From contig JAZTXK010000055.1 in assembly GCA_045636385.1 (NCBI GenBank), positions 13,764 through 77,763 on the forward strand: 64,000 nt of DNA, given 5' to 3'. This document shows, piece after piece, positions 25,468-32,400 of the stretch (position 1 is the first letter of the stretch; every line of letters starts with the position of its first letter). This DNA is from Eubacteriales bacterium (GTDB taxonomy: Bacteria; Bacillota; Clostridia; Oscillospirales; CAG-272). Both the position numbers and the translations under genes were made by a program. The notes under the pieces are model-generated. The model had not been told where the DNA came from. It ran no database searches and worked only from the letters and a program-made list of their open reading frames with translations.

Positions 25468-26415
25468 ATGGACGGAAACGAATTTGACGTCAATCGCGAG
25501 ATTGATTATTTTGTCAGAAACGTATGCGGCGGCATACGCTCCAAGAATAAGAGAGAAGCGGCGAGAGAAGAGATTCGCGAACATTTTGAGGATGCGATTT
25601 ACAGCAAGACTTTGCGCGGAATGAGTCCCGAGAAGGCTTTTCGCGAGGCTTGTGAAGATTTTGGCGATCCGAGTAAGGTCAAGGTTATGCTTGCACTTTC
25701 AAACAATAGATTGTCGCCTGAATTTTTCAATGAAATTATACTTTTCCTTGCCAGAGCTTTTTTAGCTTACATCGTGTATTATTGGGTTCGCGGATTGGTA
25801 TTTCTCGCGAGTGCCGATTTTGTTTGGTATTACTACATTCCCGGAATTCTCGTTCTGTTCGGATTTCAGCCGTTCAGATATTTGGGGCTCTTCTGCTCGC
25901 GGTTGAAATTCATCGCAAAGCTCAAAAAGTTTGCTAAAGAGAAAAACTGCAAGATTGAGCTTTTGAGCGACCCGATTCTTTCGCTTTTCAAAAGCTCAGA
26001 TATATGCGATATTGTGATGAAGGCAAACGGCGAGTGCGTTTGTATCAAGCTTTTGACGTTCCCGAAAAGAACCGAATCCTTGAGATTCCTTGACGAAACC
26101 TTGTATTCGGTGACAACGCTACATTCGACGGGTACTCGGTTTGTAAACAGGAACCCGCATATGACGATGAATCAAGTTGTAACGCCGAATCTTGGATTTA
26201 CCACCGCGAAGCTTCGCGCGTATTCCTTCTGTTTACCGCTCGAGCTCGAGGAAGAAGGCAATATCAAAAAAGTTATGATCGTAGACAGACTGCCGAGAGA
26301 AATGACTTACGTCAAGGGCAGCGGGATCGAATACGTTGACCTCGGAGCTTCGGTTTTTGGATTCAGCGTTCACTCTGTTAAGTCTTTTTTGAAGACGCTT
26401 AAAGGAGAAAATTAA
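25468..26415 (+). CDS. PadR-associated membrane protein: N-terminal 'permease prefix'/DUF1700-like helix, 2-3 TM segments, unknown C-terminal cytoplasmic domain
   Basis: REEIREHFEDAIY...GDPSKV; hydrophobic core FFNEIILFLARAF...LVLFGF; C-terminal domain of about 170 aa with no motif I recognise confidently. Confidence 0.55.
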   Translation: MDGNEFDVNREIDYFVRNVCGGIRSKNKREAAREEIREHFEDAIYSKTLRGMSPEKAFREACEDFGDPSKVKVMLALSNNRLSPEFFNEIILFLARAFLAYIVYYWVRGLVFLASADFVWYYYIPGILVLFGFQPFRYLGLFCSRLKFIAKLKKFAKEKNCKIELLSDPILSLFKSSDICDIVMKANGECVCIKLLTFPKRTESLRFLDETLYSVTTLHSTGTRFVNRNPHMTMNQVVTPNLGFTTAKLRAYSFCLPLELEEEGNIKKVMIVDRLPREMTYVKGSGIEYVDLGASVFGFSVHSVKSFLKTLKGEN

Positions 26416-26416
26416 G

Positions 26417-27022
26417 ATGAGCAGACCAAAGATAGCAACCTTTTTAAAGGAATTTATTATTGTAAACGCAATTCTGTTCGGTGCATACCTTGCAATAACT
26501 ACGGTAGTCAGTATGTTTTTCGGTCAAGCAATGCTTGACTTCGGAATGTCTACCGCGACGGGTGAAAAGCCGAACATCGTTCTTACGATCTTTTATACAC
26601 TTTTACAGTTAGCGGTATTTTTCGGTTTTTATGCATTTTCTATGTTCAGATTTGAAAAAGACAGCGAAGAGAAGAGAGTTTTTCTCACCGAAATCGGCGC
26701 GGAAAGATTCGATATCGCGGAGTTTTCAAAGAAATATTTTATCGCGCGGGGAAAATATATGCTGATCTATTTTTCGGCAATCGTGGGAATTGTATCATTT
26801 ACAAGATTGATCGGTATTCCGCTTGTGTCGATGCTTATACTTCCGCAGAGTATGCTTCCGAGCGTGCTGTTGTCCGTATTCGGTGTTACCGCCGGCTCTA
26901 TGAGCTTTATACTGTTTCTTGTTACGGTCATCGTAAACGTGGTGCTCTACTTTGTTTATCAAAGATACGTTTGCGCGAAGGTCTACGAAAAGTGGGCGGA
27001 CGGAAGACTCAGAGTTAACTGA
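26417..27022 (+). CDS. Polytopic membrane protein, unknown function
   Basis: 4-5 hydrophobic spans; starts 1 nt after the upstream stop. Confidence 0.55.
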   Translation: MSRPKIATFLKEFIIVNAILFGAYLAITTVVSMFFGQAMLDFGMSTATGEKPNIVLTIFYTLLQLAVFFGFYAFSMFRFEKDSEEKRVFLTEIGAERFDIAEFSKKYFIARGKYMLIYFSAIVGIVSFTRLIGIPLVSMLILPQSMLPSVLLSVFGVTAGSMSFILFLVTVIVNVVLYFVYQRYVCAKVYEKWADGRLRVN

Positions 27023-27062
27023 AAAAACGGGAACCGGCTTGAAGTCGGTTCCCATATTTTTT
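27023..27062. terminator. Bidirectional terminator between convergent genes
   Basis: GGGAACCG / CGGTTCCC stem with an A-run upstream and a T-run downstream. Confidence 0.75.
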
Positions 27063-27903
27063 AATTATCCGTCGCCTCGGTGAATTCCTTGAGGGCGATG
27101 TCTTGGAGAGAGCGGAGAAGTGCGGGGGCTTTGCCGCCGACGGGTTTGCCGTCGATCTCCTCTGCGGCGAGGCAGAAGCAGCTGACGGAGGACGTCATGA
27201 TCTCGTCGGCTTCCATCATTTCCTCAACCGTGAAGGCTTCCTCGCGGACGGGAATGCCGAGGATGCCGCAATAGCGGATGAGATTTGCACGCGCAATGCC
27301 GGGGAGGATGAGATTATCGGTCGGTGCGGTGCGGAAAACGCCGTCCTTGATGATGTGCACGTTCGAATGTGCGCACTCGGTTACTCTGCCGTCGCGGTGG
27401 AGGACAGCTTCCTGCGCGCCCGCAAGCTCGGCTTTCTGCGCCGCCATAACAGAGGGAATGAGGTTGAGCGTCTTTATGTCGCAATGGAGAAAACGCGTGT
27501 CGGGCTCGGTGATGAGCTTGATCTTCTTATAAACGTCCGCGACCTTCTTCGGCGAGAGCATTACCCAGACGTTGCCGCGGCACATCTCGCCCCAAACGTG
27601 TGAGCGCTTACCGGTTCCGCGCGTTACCTGAAAATAAACGAACTGCTCGCCGTCGTCGACCTGAGTGACGAGTCGGCTGATGAGAGAACAAAGCTCCTCT
27701 TGCGTGTGAGGGATGCCGATACCGAGCTTGTCGGCACTTCTGTAAAGGCGCGCAACATGCTCCTCGAGCTGCCAGACGATGTGGTTGCGCGAGTAGGTCG
27801 CATCGTAAACGCCGTCGCCGAAATAACAAGCGCGGTCGAGCATGGGTACTCTCATATCCTCGATCAGCGAAATTTTGCCGTTGTAATAAGCCAGATCTTT
27901 CAT
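27061..27903 (-). CDS. dat: D-amino-acid (D-alanine) aminotransferase, fold-type IV PLP enzyme
   Basis: Collinear with my recollection of Bacillus Dat: DRACYFGDGVYD, YFQVTRGTG, CDIKTLNLIP, EAVLHR...VTECAHSNV. Confidence 0.8.
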   Translation of the reverse strand: MKDLAYYNGKISLIEDMRVPMLDRACYFGDGVYDATYSRNHIVWQLEEHVARLYRSADKLGIGIPHTQEELCSLISRLVTQVDDGEQFVYFQVTRGTGKRSHVWGEMCRGNVWVMLSPKKVADVYKKIKLITEPDTRFLHCDIKTLNLIPSVMAAQKAELAGAQEAVLHRDGRVTECAHSNVHIIKDGVFRTAPTDNLILPGIARANLIRYCGILGIPVREEAFTVEEMMEADEIMTSSVSCFCLAAEEIDGKPVGGKAPALLRSLQDIALKEFTEATDN

Positions 27904-28014
27904 TATTTGCCTCCGATATATGTAAGGGGATGGATTTCTATATTAAGTATAGCACTATTCGGGGGAAATGTCAAGCGAAAATAAAAAACTCCGAAAAGGT
28001 GTTGATAAATCAGT

Positions 28015-28052
28015 TATAAAAATAACCGCCACAGTTAGTTCGTGGCGGTTAT
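28015..28052 (-). terminator. Intrinsic terminator of the 28058-28513 gene
   Basis: ATAACCGCCAC / GTGGCGGTTAT stem followed by a T-run on the minus strand. Confidence 0.75.
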
Positions 28053-28057
28053 TTAAA

Positions 28058-28513
28058 TTAATTTGAAACTTTACGGTACAGTTCGATAAATTTTCCTGCA
28101 GGTATCAGTGTTTCGGGTTTGGATAAGTAAATGCCACCGTCATCGCCATCTTTTAGTTCACGGATCGGACCGGTATACTCAAAAAAGAAATATTCATAAT
28201 TACGATTGATATCTAAAGACCAACGGTAGACGTTGAAGTTTTCTCTGACCTCGTATAATTCGCCTTTTATAAATGAATAAGCAATATTATTCGCATTAAT
28301 GGTATCGTATTTCTGATATTTTGTTTCAATTCCGTCAACTACTATTGTTTCATAATACTCATAATTGTTGTGATGTCCGAGTTGATCTGCATATAAAGGA
28401 AAACACATCAACACAAAGATGAATACAAGTATAATGATGATAGTGCTGATTATGGAATAACCAATATACCGTAATGTTTTACCCCTGCGTGAAGTGATAG
28501 TGTTGACATTCAT
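28058..28513 (-). CDS. Small N-terminally anchored orphan protein (151 aa) in an AT-rich patch
   Basis: MNVNTITSRRGKTLRYIGYSIISTIIIILVFIFVLM... behind AAGGAG. It has its own TTGACA-17-TATAAT promoter at 28603-28575. Confidence 0.6.
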   Translation of the reverse strand: MNVNTITSRRGKTLRYIGYSIISTIIIILVFIFVLMCFPLYADQLGHHNNYEYYETIVVDGIETKYQKYDTINANNIAYSFIKGELYEVRENFNVYRWSLDINRNYEYFFFEYTGPIRELKDGDDGGIYLSKPETLIPAGKFIELYRKVSN

Positions 28514-28673
28514 TTGTTTGAACTCCTTTATAATTACCTTACTTGAAAGGGTAATATTATTTGTATTCAATATAATTATATCACACAAAGAATTTGTTGT
28601 CAATGTTTTTGTACAAAAAAATGTTATTAATTTCTGCATATTTATTTAAAATGCACAAATCGTCTTGCCCCCA

Positions 28674-28702
28674 TTGACAAACGGGGGATTTTATTATATA
28701 AT
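28674..28702 (+). promoter_or_regulatory. Transketolase operon promoter
   Basis: TTGACA (28674-28679), 17-nt spacer, TATAAT (28697-28702). Confidence 0.75.
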
Positions 28703-28738
28703 ATAATAGTATAAAAATTTACTCTTACGGAGGAAAAA

Positions 28739-29566
28739 ATGGATAACGCAAAGCTTCAGATGCTCAAAGAAACTGCCAGAGAGATCCGTCTCGGCATTCT
28801 TGAGGGCGTACACGCAGCAGCATCGGGCCATCCCGGAGGATCGCTCTCGATCGCTGACATTATGACCTATCTCTATTTCTCGGAGATGAACGTCAACCCC
28901 GCTGATCCCAAGAACCCTGACCGCGACAGACTTGTTCTCTCGAAGGGTCACACCGCTCCCGCACTTTATGCCGCTCTTGCAGAGCGTGGCTTCTTCTCCA
29001 AGGACGAGCTTAAGAACCTCCGTCAGGTTGGTTCCTTCCTTCAGGGTCACCCCGATATGAAGGGCACTCCCGGTGTTGATATGACCACCGGTTCTCTCGG
29101 TCTCGGCGTTTCCGCTGCTTGCGGAATGGCTCTCGCAGCTAAGATCGACGGCAAGGACTACCGTACTTACGCTATCGTAGGTGACGGCGAGTCTCAGGAA
29201 GGTCAGGTTTGGGAGGCTGCTATGTTCGCCGCTCACTACAAGCTTGACAACCTCTGCTTCATTCTCGACCTCAACGGTCTCCAGATCGACGGTAAGATCA
29301 CCGAGGTTATGAACCCCACCCCCCACGACAAGAAGTTCGAAGGCTTCGGCTTCAACGTAATTCTTGCTAACGCTCACGATTTTGAGTCCATCGAGGCTGC
29401 ATTCGCAAACGCTCGCGCTTGCAAGGGTAAGCCTTCGGTAATCATCGCTAACTCTGTTAAGGGTAAGGGCGTTTCCTTTATGGAAGATCAGGCAAGCTGG
29501 CACGGCTCTGCTCCCAACGACGAGCAGTATGCGCAGGCAGTTGCTGAGATCAAGGCAAGTCTTTGA
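28739..29566 (+). CDS. Transketolase, N-terminal (TPP-binding) subunit
   Basis: SGHPGGSLS, SKGHTAPALY, GDGESQEGQVWEA. Confidence 0.92.
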   Translation: MDNAKLQMLKETAREIRLGILEGVHAAASGHPGGSLSIADIMTYLYFSEMNVNPADPKNPDRDRLVLSKGHTAPALYAALAERGFFSKDELKNLRQVGSFLQGHPDMKGTPGVDMTTGSLGLGVSAACGMALAAKIDGKDYRTYAIVGDGESQEGQVWEAAMFAAHYKLDNLCFILDLNGLQIDGKITEVMNPTPHDKKFEGFGFNVILANAHDFESIEAAFANARACKGKPSVIIANSVKGKGVSFMEDQASWHGSAPNDEQYAQAVAEIKASL

Positions 29567-29582
29567 TTAGGAGGTAGTTAAA

Positions 29583-30527
29583 ATGGCACAGAAAATTGCA
29601 ACCAGAGAATCCTACGGTAATGCGCTTGCAGCTCTCGGCGAGAAGTACGATTTCGTCGTTCTCGATGCTGACCTTGCGGCTGCAACCAAGACCGGTATTT
29701 TCAAGAAGAAGTTCCCCGAAAGATTTTTCGACTGCGGTATCGCAGAGGGCAATATGATGACCGTTGCGGCAGGTATCGCGACCACCGGCAAGCCCGTTTT
29801 CGCATCCACCTTCGCAATGTTCGCGGCAGGACGTGCATTCGAGCAGGTTCGTAACTCGATCGCATACCCCCACCTCAACGTTAAGATCGGCGCAACTCAC
29901 GCGGGTATCACCGTTGGTGAGGACGGCGCAACCCACCAGTGTCTCGAGGACCTCGGCGTTATGAGAACCATTCCCGGAATGGTAGTTCTCAACCCCGCTG
30001 ATGACGTAGAGGCTCGCGCTTGCGTTGAGTGGGCGCTCAACTACGTTGGTCCCGTTTACATCCGTTTCGGCAGACTTGCTGTTCCGGTAGTATTCGACGA
30101 GGCTGATTATAAGTTCGAGTTCGGCAAGAACCTCACCGTCCGCGAGGGTACCGATGTTACCATTATGGCAACCGGAACCATGCTTTACATGGCAATCGAG
30201 GCGGCAGAGAAGCTCGCAGAGGAAGGCATTTCCGCTCGCGTTACCAACGTTCACACCATCAAGCCTATCGATAAGGAAGACATCATCGAGGCGGCAAAGA
30301 CCACCGGATGCATCGTTACTGCAGAGGAGCATAACATCCTCGGCGGTCTCGGCGCAGCTGTTGCAGAGGTCGTTTGCGAGAACTGCCCCGTTCCCGTTCT
30401 CCGCGTAGGCGTTGAGGATAAGTTCGGTAAGTCGGGCAAGGTTCCCGCACTTCTCGAGGCTTACGGTCTCACCACCGAGAATATCGTTGCAAAGGCTAAA
30501 GCAGCTATCGCAGCGAAGAAGAACTGA
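29583..30527 (+). CDS. Transketolase, C-terminal (pyrimidine-binding) subunit
   Basis: FFDCGIAEGNMM...GEDGATHQ...TAEEH. Confidence 0.92.
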   Translation: MAQKIATRESYGNALAALGEKYDFVVLDADLAAATKTGIFKKKFPERFFDCGIAEGNMMTVAAGIATTGKPVFASTFAMFAAGRAFEQVRNSIAYPHLNVKIGATHAGITVGEDGATHQCLEDLGVMRTIPGMVVLNPADDVEARACVEWALNYVGPVYIRFGRLAVPVVFDEADYKFEFGKNLTVREGTDVTIMATGTMLYMAIEAAEKLAEEGISARVTNVHTIKPIDKEDIIEAAKTTGCIVTAEEHNILGGLGAAVAEVVCENCPVPVLRVGVEDKFGKSGKVPALLEAYGLTTENIVAKAKAAIAAKKN

Positions 30528-30530
30528 TAG

Positions 30531-30560
30531 AAAAACGGCAAGCCTGGGCTTGCCGTTTTT
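30531..30560 (+). terminator. Transketolase operon terminator
   Basis: AAAAACGGCAAGCC-TG-GGCTTGCCGTTTTT. Confidence 0.85.
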
Positions 30561-30562
30561 AA

Positions 30563-30590
30563 GTGGTCAGTGATCAGTGGTCAGTGGTCA
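30563..30590. repeat. Heptamer microsatellite
   Basis: GTGGTCA GTGATCA GTGGTCA GTGGTCA. Confidence 0.8.
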
Positions 30591-30612
30591 GAAAGAAGCG
30601 GGAAGTTTTGAT

Positions 30613-30752
30613 CGAACTTTTTCAAAAGTTCGCAGATTCTTAAGGCGGAGCCTTAAGTCGACCTCCGCAGAGGTCGAAACTCCCCCCCTGCGCTTCGGAA
30701 TGGCGGCGCCCCGCCGCCATTCCGGAAGGAGTAAAATCGCCCCTCGCGGGCG
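30613..30752. other. Array of five unrelated short perfect hairpins
   Basis: CGAACTTTT/AAAAGTTCG (30613-32); CTTAAGG/CCTTAAG (30639-57); TCGACCTC-CGCA-GAGGTCGA (30658-77); GGAATGGCGGCG-CCC-CGCCGCCATTCC (30697-723); CGCCC/GGGCG followed by T-run (30738-58). Confidence 0.8.
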
Positions 30753-30836
30753 GTTTTTGCTCCTTCATTTTTTTATTTTTTAAAACCATACACAACCTAT
30801 ATCGACAAAAAATATAATGAGTATAGGAGGTGTAAA

Positions 30837-31640
30837 ATGGATTACGTAGTTTTAATGGCACTGCTTGCGACGCTCGGAACGTGGTTCGTGACTGCCTGCG
30901 GCGCGGCGACAGTGGTGTTTTTCAGATCCCCGAATCCAAAGGCACTGAATCTTATGCTCGGATTTGCCGCGGGCGTTATGATAGCGGCAAGCTTTTGGTC
31001 GCTCTTGCAGCCCGCAATAGAACGCGCGGAGGAAAGCTTGGCTGTTCCCGCACATTTTGTAGTAACGGCAGGATTTTTGTTCGGTGCAATATTTATGTGG
31101 GGGAGCGATAAAGTCGTTTCGCTGACTCAGCGGAAGGTGGATAATACACAGGGCAGCCCGAATAAGCGATTTCGCAGAATAATGATGCTGATCTTGTCGA
31201 TCACGCTTCATAACATACCCGAGGGATTGGCGGTCGGAGTAGCGTTCGGAGTGCTCAAAAACGGCGAGTGGAGTACAGAAAGCCTTATGGGCGCGATCAC
31301 GATCGCAATAGGCATCGGATTGCAGAATTTCCCCGAGGGCGCGGCTGTGTCGCTGCCACTCAGAAGAGAAGGCGTCGATGCGAAGAAGTGCTTCTTGTAC
31401 GGTCAGGCGTCGGGAATGGTCGAGCCGATTGCGGGCGTCCTCGGCTCGCTGCTGGTGGTATATGTGGAAACGATATTGCCCTACGCCCTCGCGTTCGCCG
31501 CCGGAGCGATGATATTGGTCGCGGTTCATGAACTGATCCCCGAATGTCAGAAAAATCAGGAAACGCAACCCTATTTCGCAACAATGGGAATCGTGCTCGG
31601 ATTTGCCACAATGATGCTGCTTGATGTAATGTTGGGGTGA
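30837..31640 (+). CDS. ZIP family divalent metal transporter (ZupT-like)
   Basis: HNIPEGLAVG...QNFPEGAAV motifs, 8 TM segments, AGGAGG RBS. Confidence 0.88.
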   Translation: MDYVVLMALLATLGTWFVTACGAATVVFFRSPNPKALNLMLGFAAGVMIAASFWSLLQPAIERAEESLAVPAHFVVTAGFLFGAIFMWGSDKVVSLTQRKVDNTQGSPNKRFRRIMMLILSITLHNIPEGLAVGVAFGVLKNGEWSTESLMGAITIAIGIGLQNFPEGAAVSLPLRREGVDAKKCFLYGQASGMVEPIAGVLGSLLVVYVETILPYALAFAAGAMILVAVHELIPECQKNQETQPYFATMGIVLGFATMMLLDVMLG

Positions 31641-31664
31641 AAAAGCTGAAAAGTTTTTGAAGAT

Positions 31665-31860
31665 GTTTAAGAAACTTTTCTCGAAAAGTTTCTTAAACAG
31701 AGTTCGAGACAGCGTCTCGATTTTAATGCGAAGGCTTCAGTCTTCGCCACCGTGCTTCAAAAATACGAAGCTCTGCTTCGGATTTTTGGACAGAGTCGAT
31801 CATTCCCGAATGTAGGAAATGATCGTGCTCTGTCACCCCGCACGCTCCGCAGAGCGCGGC
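31665..31860. other. Second array of unrelated hairpins
   Basis: 16-bp perfect stem GTTTAAGAAACTTTTC-TC-GAAAAGTTTCTTAAAC (31665-98); TCGAGAC-AGC-GTCTCGA followed by TTTT (31704-24); GCGAAG/CTTCGC (31728-47); GCTTC/GAAGC pairs (31755-80); nested GACAGAG...CTCTGTC around GATCATT(C)CC/GGAAATGATC (31789-835); CGCTC-CGCA-GAGCG (31843-56). Confidence 0.8.
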
Positions 31861-32140
31861 AACGATGCGCGAGCTTGAAAAGATCGAGGGCATTTCCTGC
31901 GTCAAGAACAACGCGGCTTTCTACATTTTCCCGAAGCTCGATATCAAGAAGTTCAATATTTCGTCGGACAAGAAGTTCGCATTTGATCTGCTTCATCAGA
32001 AGCACATCCTCATCGTTCCCGAAAGCGGATTTGACTGGACGACTCCCGATCACTTCCGAATCGTAATGCTTCCCGATGCAGAGAGAATGGCGCAGGCGAT
32101 TCGTGATATCGGAGATTTCCTGAAGGATTACAGGCAGTAA
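31823..32140 (+). pseudogene. 3' remnant of a class I/II PLP aminotransferase gene (AlaT/AspC type); only about the last 90 codons remain
   Basis: ...LEKIEGISCVKNNAAFYIFPKLD...LLHQKHILIVPESGFDWTTPDHFRIVMLP... matches only the C-terminal small domain of these roughly 400-aa enzymes. There is an in-frame stop at 31820-31822, no RBS, and hairpin-array DNA upstream. Confidence 0.7.
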
Positions 32141-32166
32141 AATTAAAACGATTAATTATTAATAGG

Positions 32167-32198
32167 AAAAAATCCGCCCTCGGGCGGATTTTTTCTTT
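32167..32198 (+). terminator. Intrinsic terminator retained behind the aminotransferase remnant
   Basis: AATCCGCCC-TC-GGGCGGATT followed by TTTTCTTTT. Confidence 0.85.
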
Positions 32199-32243
32199 TA
32201 AATAAAAAAGTTAATAAATTTGTCAAAAATATTCGAAAATGGG

Positions 32244-32272
32244 TTGACAAAAAGGCAAATGGGTGGTAAAAT
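32244..32272 (+). promoter_or_regulatory. Promoter of the ABC/DUF1854 operon
   Basis: TTGACA (32244-32249), 17-nt spacer, TAAAAT (32267-32272) with an upstream TG. Confidence 0.7.
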
Positions 32273-32400
32273 AAAGCAACTTCAAAAACCGTTCTATGTC
32301 AACCCGCCGCCCGCAATTCATTTTAATCTTTTCACCTCTGTGCGCAAGCGGCCTCCCGCCGGCTGAGAACGTTAGTGCCACACGTTCCGCCGTAAAATTT

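Noticed and set aside
30561-31864. Hairpin arrays flanking the ZIP gene read as integron attC sites or as a mobile element.
   Set aside because: The window holds no integrase, transposase or target-site duplication. The stems are much shorter than the attC sites I know. I kept them as an unexplained observation only.
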